DNA of 63,707 nucleotides, taken from assembly GCA_029941465.1 (NCBI GenBank), contig JAPYQN010000001.1:1-63707 (forward strand), written 5' to 3'. Shown here piece after piece: positions 27,953 through 37,676 of this stretch. Under the pieces are notes generated by a model. The model was not told the DNA's origin and did not search any database. It saw nothing but the letters and a program-made list of their open reading frames with translations. The translations under genes were made by a program, and so were the position numbers. Each line of letters begins with the position of its first letter. Positions within the stretch are counted from its first letter, which is position 1. The stretch comes from Gammaproteobacteria bacterium. GTDB taxonomy: Bacteria; Pseudomonadota; Gammaproteobacteria; Steroidobacterales; UBA11654.

Positions 27953-30736
27953 ATGAGACGTCTAATCAGTTCTGTTATCGCAGTGACTATCGCAGTTACT
28001 TTAGCAATACCAACTACTCACGCTGCTGACCTTGAAGAAATTATCGTAACGGCAACTAAAAAAGAAGAAAGTCTACAAGACGTTTCTATCTCTGTTAGTG
28101 TCCTTTCTGGTGAAGATATTCAAAATGCAGGATTTCATGATTTTGCTGGCATTTCACAATACATTCCAAACTTTGCTGTGTCTGAAAATGCAGTCTCAAC
28201 AATAGTCTCAATGAGAGGTGTTGGAGCAGGGGCTAACCAATCGTTTGAACAATCAGTTGGTCTATTTGTTGACGGAGTCCATTTAGCTAAGGGACGTCAA
28301 TTTAGAACTGGCCTGTTTGATATTGAACGAGTTGAGGCCCTAAGAGGTCCACAAGGAGTTCTATTTGGTAAAAACACATTGTCTGGTGCTGTCAACGTTA
28401 TATCAGCTAAACCTGTTATTGGCGGTGAATTTGGCGGACAAATATCATTGGCTGCTGAAGACGAGAACAATGCTGAAATCATTGATGGTCACCTGAATAT
28501 ACCAGCAGGCGATTCATTTGCAGTTAGGTTATCGTTTAAAGACAGACAAGATGATGGTTACATTGAAAATAAGTATCTTGGAACAGCTGGCCCTACTGCT
28601 GATGAAAAAATGATGCGAATAAGTGCATCTTGGCAACCAAGCGAGGCTCTAAGAATTGACATTAAACACACTGACGGCGAACACACTAGAGTGGGTAGTA
28701 CTGTTGTACAAAATACATTCGACATGGCTATGCCACCAACCCCAACGGCTGGATTGGCCTTTATGGTTGCAAATAATTTCTTCCCTGCGTTCGTTGCCGA
28801 TGTAGGTAATCATCATGGTTATGAAGATCTCAATCAAGGTGCTGCTAAAGGAGCGGCAGGAATCAGACTAGGAATAAACCCTGTAGGTACAATCACTAAC
28901 ACTGCAGATACTGCAATCAATATTAGCTATGACATGGCGAGTGGTATGAATCTAAAAGCCACTATCGGTAACGCTAAATACGACTTTATTGATGGTATTG
29001 ATGCTGATTTTGGCCCATTCCAACTAGTTTCAAGAGACGATTGGCAAACCTATGAACAGGACAGTGTTGAGCTAAGACTCAGCTCTGCACCTGATAGTGA
29101 TATCACATGGACAGTCGGTGCTTATTGGGACAGTCAAGAGCAAGACATTGACCGATTAATCGATCTTGACGGAACTCTAGGTGGATTGGTGGGCGTGCTT
29201 AAAAGCATGGGAATGCTGCCTTATAATTCCTTATTTACAACTCCAGTACCAGTTTTAGTTGCTAACGGTTTAGTTAACCCATTTCCTTTTCCTCTTGGAG
29301 CAGGAGTTGTTCCAGGAACGGGCCCTTATGCAAACGGTGAGGTTTGGATGCCTGGAGCGCCTCTTTATGGCAATAACGGTTGTCAAGTAGAAGCTGCCTT
29401 TGCTGCTTATGCAGGAATGGCACTTCCCCCATGTACCTTCCAAAGTGCTTATGATCATGCGATAAGAATAGGTGATTGGACCCAATGGAGTGATGCTAAA
29501 GCCGTCTTTGGTCAAGTAGGATTTGACCTAAATGATACGGTTGAAATGCAACTGGGTGTTCGCTATATTAGAGAACAAAAACATGTTGAAGCAAAAACTT
29601 GTTTAGGATCATATAGCTACGATGGTGGCTCATCGGGTCGTGAAATAATGACTCGAGACGGGGTAAAACAAGCCTGTAATCCAAGTCCATTCCTTGCAGG
29701 AATTATGGGTGCCGGCTATGACACATGGGCTCATGATTTTAATAATGTACCTCAAAGAGACACAGAACATTGGTTGCCGTCATTGCAAATAGAAAAGCGT
29801 ATTGGCGACGATCACATGGTCTATTTTAGTTTCTCTAAAGGCTATAAGAGCGGTGGATATAATGCCGCAGATGATCAAAATCCAATGTTTGTGAACGTAG
29901 GCGGTGCAAAAGTACCAGTTCCGAATGAACCAGATCCATCATTTGAATACGATGATGAAACTGGAACATCATTTGAAATTGGTGGTAAGCACTCACTTAG
30001 TAATTCACTTCAATTTAATTGGGCTGTGGCCACTGCAACTTATAAAAATCAGCAAGTATCTACTTTCCAAGGAACCGGTTTTGTTGTTGGTAACGCCGCT
30101 GCCTCTGATGTAGACACAGTCGAAATTGATCTTACTTGGCAAGCCACGGATAATTTAAGAATTGCTTTAGCAGCTGCTTACATTGACGGTGTTTATTCTG
30201 ATTTCTCAACCGCTGCATGTACTGAACTTCAAATGGCTTATTTTAGAGGCATAGCTGGTCCATCTAGAGCTTATGATGCTAAGCTCATTACTATAAATGA
30301 CTTCGGTCCAGATGTAACTGACCCTACAGGTTTATGTAGGATTGTTTGGAACGGCGCCGGCACATACGGAGGTGGTAACCAGGATTTATCAGGGGAACCA
30401 TTAGGCACGGGTGATTACAATGGCTCTTTGCGTTTGGACTATGCTAAACCATTAGCTAACGGCATGGTGCTATTTGCTGGTCTTGATTATAATTTCTTTG
30501 ATGACTATCATCTCACAGGTGATTTAGACCCTATTGATATTCAGGAAGGAAACGCAAGAGTTAATGCAAGAATAGGAATTAGCAAAGGTAATCTAACCGC
30601 GTTAATCTATGGACGTAATCTTTCAGATGAGCACATTGCCACAGGTGGTTTTGATACCCCATTACTAGGTGGTGGACACTCATACTATATGAGTGAATTC
30701 AAAACAGTAGGAGCACGTTTAACCTACAAGTTCTAA
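27953..30736 (+). CDS. TonB-dependent outer-membrane receptor
   Basis: The preferred start is the ATG at 27953, 9 nt after AAGGAG (27938-27943). The ORF-track start at 27869 is an in-frame TTG extension. The protein has a signal peptide (...PTTHA/AD), plug motifs (EEIIVTATKKEES, RVEALRGPQGVLFGKNTLSGAVN) and a C-terminal ...RLTYKF with terminal Phe. Confidence 0.9.
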   Translation: MRRLISSVIAVTIAVTLAIPTTHAADLEEIIVTATKKEESLQDVSISVSVLSGEDIQNAGFHDFAGISQYIPNFAVSENAVSTIVSMRGVGAGANQSFEQSVGLFVDGVHLAKGRQFRTGLFDIERVEALRGPQGVLFGKNTLSGAVNVISAKPVIGGEFGGQISLAAEDENNAEIIDGHLNIPAGDSFAVRLSFKDRQDDGYIENKYLGTAGPTADEKMMRISASWQPSEALRIDIKHTDGEHTRVGSTVVQNTFDMAMPPTPTAGLAFMVANNFFPAFVADVGNHHGYEDLNQGAAKGAAGIRLGINPVGTITNTADTAINISYDMASGMNLKATIGNAKYDFIDGIDADFGPFQLVSRDDWQTYEQDSVELRLSSAPDSDITWTVGAYWDSQEQDIDRLIDLDGTLGGLVGVLKSMGMLPYNSLFTTPVPVLVANGLVNPFPFPLGAGVVPGTGPYANGEVWMPGAPLYGNNGCQVEAAFAAYAGMALPPCTFQSAYDHAIRIGDWTQWSDAKAVFGQVGFDLNDTVEMQLGVRYIREQKHVEAKTCLGSYSYDGGSSGREIMTRDGVKQACNPSPFLAGIMGAGYDTWAHDFNNVPQRDTEHWLPSLQIEKRIGDDHMVYFSFSKGYKSGGYNAADDQNPMFVNVGGAKVPVPNEPDPSFEYDDETGTSFEIGGKHSLSNSLQFNWAVATATYKNQQVSTFQGTGFVVGNAAASDVDTVEIDLTWQATDNLRIALAAAYIDGVYSDFSTAACTELQMAYFRGIAGPSRAYDAKLITINDFGPDVTDPTGLCRIVWNGAGTYGGGNQDLSGEPLGTGDYNGSLRLDYAKPLANGMVLFAGLDYNFFDDYHLTGDLDPIDIQEGNARVNARIGISKGNLTALIYGRNLSDEHIATGGFDTPLLGGGHSYYMSEFKTVGARLTYKF

Positions 30737-30756
30737 GACTAAATATAGAACCATTA

Positions 30757-30785
30757 AAAGAGGCGATTCATTCGCCTCTTTTTTT
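30757..30785 (+). terminator. Rho-independent terminator after the TonB-dependent receptor gene
   Basis: The stem is GAGGCGA (30760-30766) paired with TCGCCTC (30772-30778), with the 5-nt loop TTCAT. It is extended by A/T pairs and followed by a T-run to 30785. Confidence 0.8.
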
Positions 30786-30800
30786 ATGTAAGATAAAGAT

Positions 30801-31814
30801 ATGAAAATCGATGCAGGCATTATGGTCAAGAACCCAGCAGAAGCAGGACCAGCCATAAAACAATTAGAAGATGCTGGTTATGATGGCGCCTATAGCTTTG
30901 AAGGTGCTCATGATCCATTTTTACCCTTAGTAGCTGCTGCTACCAATACGTCTAAAATCGAACTCATTACATCCATAGCTGTGGCCTTTGCCAGAAACCC
31001 AATGACTTTAGCAAACATCGGTTATGATCTTAATTTAGCATCAGAAGGTCGATTCATTCTAGGGCTAGGCTCACAGATTAAACCGCACATCACAAAACGA
31101 TTTTCAATGCCATGGTCACACCCAGCAGCACGAATGAAAGAAATGGTCGAAGCAATTAAAGCCATTTGGGATTGTTGGCAAAACGGCACTAACTTGAACT
31201 ACCGTGGGGAGTTCTACACTCACACCTTAATGACCCCATTTTTTAACCCAGGCCCTAACCCTTACGGTCTTCCTAAAATCTATGTGGCAGCAGTTGGACC
31301 TTTGATGACACAAGCTGTGTCTGAAAGTGCTGACGGGTTACTTGCTCACCCGTTTAATTCACCCAAATACATTAATGATGTGACCCTACCTATTATTCAT
31401 AAAAGTCTGGAAGCAACCGGTAAAACGAAAGATCAATTTGATTTATCAGTTAGTGTTATGACGGGTATTGGAGCAACCGAGGAAACACATCAACAAGCTG
31501 TGAAAGCCTGTAGAGATCAAGTGGCATTCTATGCATCAACCCCAAACTATAAAGCAGTCCTTGAAACTCACGGGCTTGGTCATTTGAGTGAGGAACTTAA
31601 TAAACTGTCTAAACAAGGAAAATGGATGGAAATGGGAGACGCCATAGACGACGAAACACTAAGGACGTTTGCCGTTATTGAAGAAACCCCTGAAGCCTTA
31701 GCCAGGGAAATAAAAAATCGTTATGGAACCATAGGTCAACGTATTGCACCCGTGCTTTATTCTGGCGAACTTGATTTGGCTGCTAGTGTACTTACAGCAT
31801 TAAAAGCAGATTAA
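30801..31814 (+). CDS. Luciferase-like (LLM) oxidoreductase, TIGR03617-like 'probable F420-dependent' subfamily
   Basis: 337 aa. The blocks HDPFLPL, VAFARNPMTLA, GRFILGLGSQIKPHITKRFSMPW and THTLMTPFFNPGP fit my recollection of that LLM subfamily. Confidence 0.6.
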   Translation: MKIDAGIMVKNPAEAGPAIKQLEDAGYDGAYSFEGAHDPFLPLVAAATNTSKIELITSIAVAFARNPMTLANIGYDLNLASEGRFILGLGSQIKPHITKRFSMPWSHPAARMKEMVEAIKAIWDCWQNGTNLNYRGEFYTHTLMTPFFNPGPNPYGLPKIYVAAVGPLMTQAVSESADGLLAHPFNSPKYINDVTLPIIHKSLEATGKTKDQFDLSVSVMTGIGATEETHQQAVKACRDQVAFYASTPNYKAVLETHGLGHLSEELNKLSKQGKWMEMGDAIDDETLRTFAVIEETPEALAREIKNRYGTIGQRIAPVLYSGELDLAASVLTALKAD

Positions 31815-31820
31815 TTCTGT

Positions 31821-32609
31821 TCATTTAAAATTAGGTTCTCTTTTTTCAAAAAAAGCTTTAACCGCTTCCAGACTATCTTCTGATCCATGAAGGGCATTGT
31901 TGGCTTCAGCTTCAAGTTTAAAGGTATCGTCATAAGATGCAGTCATCGCTGCTCTCATAACTTTCTTGGTTTCTCTCAGAGACTGAGAAGATTTTTTTGC
32001 TAATGACTCTGCCCAAGATACTGATGAGTTAAGCAGATCATCAGCTGCAACTACTTTATTGGTTAAGCCTAATTCTAGGCATCTAGTAGCGGATATATTT
32101 TCACCTTCAATGGCCATTTCATAGGCTAGCTTATAACCAATTGTTCTTGTTAAAAACCAATTTAGACCGCCATCAGGAATTAACGCAATATTAACGAATG
32201 CTTGTTTTAAATAGGCATCTTTAGACATGACCATCAAGTCACAGGCTAGAGCAAACGCACTGCCTATTCCGGCTGCTGGACCATTGACCGCAGCAATTAC
32301 TGGTTTAGGCATATTCATGATGCCTGTTAAGCTCGGCATATATCCATTAACCAAACCCTCATAGACTATTCGCTCATTATTATGATCGTCCATGCCACTC
32401 GGGTCAGACAAATCAGCACCTGCTGAAAAACCTCTACCAATCCCTGTTATGATCAAAACTTTTACCGAGTTGTCATCAGAGATATTTTTTATGGCATCTT
32501 GCGTTTCAATAACCATTTTTTCATCAAACGCATTGAGCTTATCGGGTCGATTAAAACTAAGTGTTGTAACACTATTTTGTTGATCAATCAGTAGAGTTTC
32601 ATAATTCAT
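31821..32609 (-). CDS. Enoyl-CoA hydratase/isomerase family protein
   Basis: 262 aa with LSFNRPDKLNAF and GFSAGADLSD. Confidence 0.85.
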   Translation of the reverse strand: MNYETLLIDQQNSVTTLSFNRPDKLNAFDEKMVIETQDAIKNISDDNSVKVLIITGIGRGFSAGADLSDPSGMDDHNNERIVYEGLVNGYMPSLTGIMNMPKPVIAAVNGPAAGIGSAFALACDLMVMSKDAYLKQAFVNIALIPDGGLNWFLTRTIGYKLAYEMAIEGENISATRCLELGLTNKVVAADDLLNSSVSWAESLAKKSSQSLRETKKVMRAAMTASYDDTFKLEAEANNALHGSEDSLEAVKAFFEKREPNFK

Positions 32610-32628
32610 ATCGTATCCTTTTTAGTCT

Positions 32629-34200
32629 TTAGGAAACATTCCTTCCTTCTTTATCCCAATACGGTGCTCGTAATTCTCTTCGGAGTATTTTTCCAGAAGG
32701 ATTTCTAGGCATTTCGGTTATAAAGTTAATCGAAGCAGGGCATTTGTAGGAAGCTATTTTTTCTTTCGTTGAAGCAATGATTTCTGCTTCAGTTATATTT
32801 GAGCCTTCTTTAAGAATAACAAAGCCTTTTACGGTCTCACCCCATTTGTCATCAGGGACACCTACAACACCAGCGTCCATAATATCGGGGTGACTCATTA
32901 AGGCGTTCTCTACTTCAGCAGGATAGATATTTTCTCCACCTGAGATAATCATGTCTTTTACTCGATCATATATATAAAGAAAATCTTCATCATCAAAATA
33001 CCCTGCATCACCCGTATGAAACCATCCATCAACAATTGATTCCTTATTAGCTTCATCTCTATTCCAATAACCTTTCATGATGACCGATGATTTAATTACA
33101 ATTTCTCCAACTTCACCTAAAGCGACCTCATTTTTATCATCACCAACAATTCTGATATCAACACCGGTGTATTTTTTTCCACAAGATCTAAGTTTTCCTA
33201 AAGAAGGTTCATGATGATCAGGTGATAAAGTAGTGCCAATACCTGATGTCTCAGTAAGTCCGTAAACTTGCCAAAATTCACATCCCATAACCTCTATAGC
33301 CTTAAGAAGGATGTCTTCAGAAATAGGAGATGCGCCATAGACAATTTGTCTTAGTGATGAGAAATCAGTTGTTTTTGCATCCGGATGATTTAATAGGAAT
33401 TGTATTAAGGCAGGGACCATAAAGGCTGTTTCTATTTTTTCTGTATGGATCAAATGTAAAATTAGTCCTGGATCAGGCTCTGGAATGACAATATTCTTAC
33501 AACCAAAAACCACACCCATAATTACAATATTAGATCCGGCAATATGAAAAAGAGGGGAGAGTACAAAATTAACTGACTTTTCATGCCAATCCTTACCCCA
33601 GGTCTCTTCAACCATAGGCGTAGAAGCATTGACATTTTTATTCGTTAATCTAACCCCTTTCGGGTGACCTGTTGTTCCTGATGTATACAACTGAATAACA
33701 TCATCATCAGCATGACCTGTAAGTTTCGGATCGTTATCCTCAAACGAGTTTCTCCATGATGCATAGCTTTGCCAACTATCATGATCATCTTCTATGGCAA
33801 TAATTTGTCTAACATGAGTAAACTCATCTTTAATAGAATCAATTAGCTCATAAAAATCTGGCCCAACAAAAAGTAGTTCACTCTCAGAGTCATTCACGAC
33901 AAAAACTACTTCAGGTGCAGCCAGTCTCCAATTTATGCCAACTAATGCAGTTCTTGACTTAAGGCTCCCGAAGAGGATCTCTGCATACATATCAGAGTTC
34001 TTAGCTAATACAGCTACTCTAGAATTTGGTGAACAGCCTTCAGCAATGATTCCATTAGCAACACGATTGGCTTTTTGATCATATTCTTTATAAGTCGTTT
34101 CACGACCATTAAATTTAAAAGCTATGTCATCTGATGACTGTTCAATTCGCCACTGAAATGTTTCGAGTAGGGTTTCGTTTCTTGGAAATTTATTCATCAA
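32629..34200 (-). CDS. Acyl-CoA synthetase (AMP-forming fatty-acid--CoA ligase)
   Basis: 523 aa with the AMP-binding motifs [53 protein letters not shown] and PSGKILRR. Confidence 0.88.
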   Translation of the reverse strand: [523 protein letters not shown]

Positions 34201-34287
34201 TTGTAATCATTTCTTAATTATTAGAATCCTACCCTAATCTAAATTAAATAGACTCTCAAGTCACACAGTTGATGTAACATATCTTCA

Positions 34288-34378
34288 GGAGAGATGGCAG
34301 AGTGGTCGATTGCGCAGGCTTGGAAAGCTTGTAAAGGTTAATAGCCTTTCGAGGGTTCGAATCCCTCTCTCTCCGCCA
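34288..34378 (+). tRNA. tRNA-Ser (anticodon GGA), type II with a long variable arm and encoded CCA
   Basis: The hand-folded structure has acceptor GGAGAGA/TCTCTCC, a D arm GCA...TGC and an anticodon stem CAGGC/GCTTG with loop TTGGAAA (anticodon GGA). The variable arm is AAAGG-ttaatag-CCTTT, the T arm is GAGGG-TTCGAAT-CCCTC, and the discriminator G is followed by CCA. Total length is 91 nt. Confidence 0.95.
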
Positions 34379-34547
34379 CTATGCTCTGAAACCACTATCC
34401 CCATTGACTCTCAGAAATAAATTTTTTTGATAATACGCAGATATTGACGAATATCACAACATTTATGCGAAGGTTTTTGCGAAGAAATAACCTAGCAATC
34501 GAACAAAGAAACGTATCGTCTATACCAACTAACGTTCTTCAAAACTT

Positions 34548-34582
34548 TTCAACATAAGAAACAATTGGTGTAATCTATAAGC
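34548..34582 (+). promoter_or_regulatory. Conserved leader copy A (TTCAAC-N17-TAATCT-N6-ATG) upstream of the M28 peptidase gene
   Basis: Its 5' 20 nt match copy B at 19 of 20 positions. Its 3' part, GTGTAATCTATA..CATGAAAAAACT, matches copy C at 24 of 26 positions. No Shine-Dalgarno-like purine run precedes the ATG. Confidence 0.5.
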
Positions 34583-36016
34583 ATGAAAAAACTTCTCACT
34601 ATTCTCTGTCTATTACTTCTGAGCCCTTGTTCTTATTCTGAAGATCCTCCTCTTGATATTGATTATTCTATTATTTCAAAAACCATTACAAATAATGCGG
34701 TTGCTCTTCGTGAACGTGCACTTTCTGATAATCTTTCAGTAGATATAGTTGAATCCCTCACAACTGAGGTTGGGCCTCGTCGAATGGGAACAGAGGGAGA
34801 TAAAAGAGCTATTTCTTGGGCACTTGAGAAGTTTAAAGAGCTTGGTTTTGATCGCGTTTGGACTGAAGAGGTTTTGCTTGATCGCGGTTGGGTGAGAGGT
34901 GAGGCTAAAGCAGAAATTTTATCCCCTTACCCCCACAATATAGTCATGACTGCACTTGGATACAGTGTAGGAACTAACGGTGACTTGGTTGGTGAAATAG
35001 TTGAATTCAAAACATTTGCAGAATTAGAAGCTGTACCCGAAGGTAATAATCTAAAAGGAAAAATAGCTTTTGTTTCTTACAGTATGTCTGATTTTAAACC
35101 CCACCCCAGCCAACCCTCAATGGGAGGGTATAGTGAAGGCACAAAAGCACGGAGCAGAGGACATGTCACTGCAGCAAAGCGTGGCGCAGAAGCCCTTATC
35201 ATTCGCTCAGTTGGTACAGACAGTAATCGATATGCTCATACGGGAAGTGGGTACGGTTACGAAGAAGGCGTTAAAAAAATACCTGCAGCAGCTGTATCAG
35301 CGCCAGATGCCATACTTATTCAAAATATTTTGAAGCGAGAAACACCAGTAATAATGAAAATGAACATGACATCAGAAATAATTGGACCTAAAAAAGGAGC
35401 TAATATTATAGGGGAGATAACAGGCAGAGAACCTTCTGACCAGTATTTGGTATTGGGAGCACATATGGATTCCTGGGACGAAGGAACAGGCGCGCTCGAT
35501 GATGGAGCAGGCGTGGGAGCTATGATGGCAGCTGCTGCTTTCATTGGCCAAATGGAGAAGAGACCGAAAAGAAGTCTTCGTGTACTGCTGTTTGCTGGAG
35601 AAGAAATTGGATTCTATGGTGTCAATGATTATATGAAGAAACACAAAGGCGCTCTAGATAAACATGTTTTAGGTGCTGAAGCTGACGGTGGTGGCGGTAG
35701 AGTCCATACCTTAATTCCAGGTGTCGGCGAAACTGCTCTACTTGTTATCAATGAAATGCATAAACTTATTGCTCCACTTGGAATTGTTTTGAGCAACAAC
35801 AATAATGCTAAAGGTGGGTCAGATATGAGCGTCCTTGGAGAGGCCGGCATGCCAGCGCTGAATTTTAGCCAAAATTCAAATGATTATTTTAAATATCACC
35901 ATACGCCTAACGACACTTTCGATAAAATTATTGACGAAGATATGCGCTATTTAACGGCTGCTTATTCAACGATTTTCTATTTAGCAGCAGAAATGCCAAT
36001 AAATTTTAGACACTAG
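34583..36016 (+). CDS. Exported M28-family metallopeptidase with a PA domain
   Basis: 477 aa with a signal peptide (MKKLLTILCLLLLSPCSYS). It has M28 zinc-ligand blocks (LGAHMDSWDEGTGALDDGAGV, LLFAGEEIGFYG, YHHTPNDT). Confidence 0.8.
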   Translation: MKKLLTILCLLLLSPCSYSEDPPLDIDYSIISKTITNNAVALRERALSDNLSVDIVESLTTEVGPRRMGTEGDKRAISWALEKFKELGFDRVWTEEVLLDRGWVRGEAKAEILSPYPHNIVMTALGYSVGTNGDLVGEIVEFKTFAELEAVPEGNNLKGKIAFVSYSMSDFKPHPSQPSMGGYSEGTKARSRGHVTAAKRGAEALIIRSVGTDSNRYAHTGSGYGYEEGVKKIPAAAVSAPDAILIQNILKRETPVIMKMNMTSEIIGPKKGANIIGEITGREPSDQYLVLGAHMDSWDEGTGALDDGAGVGAMMAAAAFIGQMEKRPKRSLRVLLFAGEEIGFYGVNDYMKKHKGALDKHVLGAEADGGGGRVHTLIPGVGETALLVINEMHKLIAPLGIVLSNNNNAKGGSDMSVLGEAGMPALNFSQNSNDYFKYHHTPNDTFDKIIDEDMRYLTAAYSTIFYLAAEMPINFRH

Positions 36017-36025
36017 GAGTTAAAC

Positions 36026-36400
36026 ATGATTGCAAGAATATTGTCAGGTCTGATTGGAGTGTTGATGTTGTTGAACTGTTTGTGGTGGATATTGGATCCG
36101 TCTACTGCAGCTGAAGGACTAGCAATGCCTTTGCTTGAAGGCTCAGGATCGAATAGCCAGATTGGAGATTTCACTGCTTTCTTTTTTACAGCAGGGCTGT
36201 TTGCTTGTATCGGCGCTTATAGGGCTGAACACATTTGGCTTTATCCAACTATATCTTTGATTGGTTCAGCAGCTTTTTTCAGATCTTATGCGGTGGTTGC
36301 TCATGGGTCAGATCCTTTAGTGTCTACTATAATTATTGAAATTATTATGTCGGCGATCTTAATTCTTTGTGTAGTCTTGATGAAAAGAGCCAACAAATAA
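36026..36400 (+). CDS. Small integral membrane protein (4 predicted TM segments; possibly DUF4345-like)
   Basis: 124 aa and hydrophobic throughout. An AGGAG sequence lies 6 nt upstream. The gene starts 9 nt after the peptidase gene. Confidence 0.55.
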   Translation: MIARILSGLIGVLMLLNCLWWILDPSTAAEGLAMPLLEGSGSNSQIGDFTAFFFTAGLFACIGAYRAEHIWLYPTISLIGSAAFFRSYAVVAHGSDPLVSTIIIEIIMSAILILCVVLMKRANK

Positions 36401-36413
36401 ATGAAGAAAAATA

Positions 36414-36447
36414 TTCAACATAAGAAATAATTGTTATAACTAACAAC
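36414..36447 (+). promoter_or_regulatory. Conserved leader copy B, upstream of the saccharopine-dehydrogenase-like gene
   Basis: TTCAACATAAGAAATAATTG matches copy A at 19 of 20 positions. The ATG that follows it (36448) opens only a 34-codon out-of-frame ORF. The long ORF starts at 36476. Confidence 0.45.
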
Positions 36448-36475
36448 ATGAAAAACCTAAACTTAACCGCTACAC

Positions 36476-37672
36476 ATGAAAAAACTAAGCTTAATTACTG
36501 GACTACTGCTGGCAGCCACCGTTATTGGACTTTACATAGTTACTTTGCCTGAGTCCGTGCCAACAACACCGCCGATACCGATTTCAGCTGCAGTTCTGGA
36601 TCGACTACCAGAGCATCGTAAAGGACAAGTATTAATTTATGGCGCCTATGGTTTTACTGGTGCTGGTATTTCCAAATTGGCAAGCGAGTACGGTATTACA
36701 CCAGTGCTGGCAGGACGCAATGAATCTAAACTCAAGCCACTGGCTGAATCACTTGGCTATGATTATGTGGTGTTAAGTTTGGAAAATAATCATGACAATC
36801 TAGTGAAAGTACTTAAACACTTTGAAATTGTTTTACACATTGCAGGTCCCTACACATTTACTGGTGAGCCTATGCTCGATGCAGTGATTGAAGCAGGCAC
36901 GCATTATGTGGACCTGACCGGCGAGAACCATGTTATTCAACAGCAACTCGATCGGCATCAGGAGTTCAAGGCAGCTAATATTATGGTAATGCCAGCAGTG
37001 GGTTATGACGTGGTTCCAACCGATTGTTTGAATGTTTACGTCACGAATCAGATAGACAACGCCACTAATTTGACGGTGGTTATAAATAGCAACTACGCTG
37101 CTGCGGAAGGCGCTAGCGCCAGTCGCGGCACCTTGAAATCTGGATTGGAGGTAATAGGCAGACCGCTATTGATGCGACAGCAGGGAGAGATGGTCGAAGT
37201 CTCAGCACTCAAAGTAATTCATCGGGTAGAAGATGGACAAGAACAAACACTGATGCAAATTCCTTGGGCAGATATGATGACAAGTTATGTGAGTACCGGC
37301 GTCCCCACCATTGAAGTGTTTCAATTACAGCAAAGCAAAATACCAAGCTGGCTGCCGCGCATGGCCCAGTTTGATTTCGGCCGACGTATTTTAGGGTGGC
37401 TGATTGATAAATATACACCAGAAGGACCACCTCCAGACGCACTAGAAACACGCCAGACCCGGATCGTATCTACCGCAACTAATGACGCAGGAGAATCTGC
37501 TTCAGCAGCAATGATTACACCAGAAGGCTACCTGCTCACATTCCACAGCACACTTATCGTTGCCAAACGGGTTGTGGATGGTCACTGGGAGTCGGGCTTC
37601 CAGACGGTTGGTAAGGTGTATGGTCCTGACCTTGTACTAGAGATACCAGGAGTTAGTAGGATAGATCTCTAA
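36476..37672 (+). CDS. Membrane-anchored saccharopine dehydrogenase-like NAD(P)-binding protein
   Basis: 398 aa with an N-terminal TM/signal segment followed by the Rossmann motif VLIYGAYGFTGAGISKLA. Function is unknown. This is the most GC-rich gene in the window by eye. Confidence 0.65.
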   Translation: MKKLSLITGLLLAATVIGLYIVTLPESVPTTPPIPISAAVLDRLPEHRKGQVLIYGAYGFTGAGISKLASEYGITPVLAGRNESKLKPLAESLGYDYVVLSLENNHDNLVKVLKHFEIVLHIAGPYTFTGEPMLDAVIEAGTHYVDLTGENHVIQQQLDRHQEFKAANIMVMPAVGYDVVPTDCLNVYVTNQIDNATNLTVVINSNYAAAEGASASRGTLKSGLEVIGRPLLMRQQGEMVEVSALKVIHRVEDGQEQTLMQIPWADMMTSYVSTGVPTIEVFQLQQSKIPSWLPRMAQFDFGRRILGWLIDKYTPEGPPPDALETRQTRIVSTATNDAGESASAAMITPEGYLLTFHSTLIVAKRVVDGHWESGFQTVGKVYGPDLVLEIPGVSRIDL

Positions 37673-37676
37673 TAAT

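Noticed and set aside
34466-34484. A direct repeat of TGCGAAG (34466-34472 and 34478-34484) in the spacer between the tRNA-Ser gene and the first island gene.
   Set aside because: A 7-mer repeated once is too short to distinguish from chance, and no matching copies were noticed upstream of the other island genes.
35070-35850. A cluster of long ORFs in other frames and on the opposite strand, overlapping the M28 peptidase gene (35070..35333 +, 35320..35544 -, 35372..35644 -, 35629..35850 -).
   Set aside because: These are shadow ORFs inside a well-supported gene with clear M28 motifs. Their abundance reflects locally higher G+C and hence fewer stop codons. The same applies to the other short track ORFs nested in longer genes, for example 2956..3273, 25568..25882, 29270..29515 and 44049..44390.
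36448-36552. A 34-codon ORF (MKNLNLTATHEKTKLNYWTTAGSHRYWTLHSYFA) starting at the ATG that directly follows conserved leader copy B.
   Set aside because: It is out of frame with, and entirely overlapped by, the start of the 398-aa saccharopine-dehydrogenase-like ORF. It is more likely the relic of the leader-coupled start codon after an indel than a real peptide gene, although a regulatory uORF cannot be excluded.
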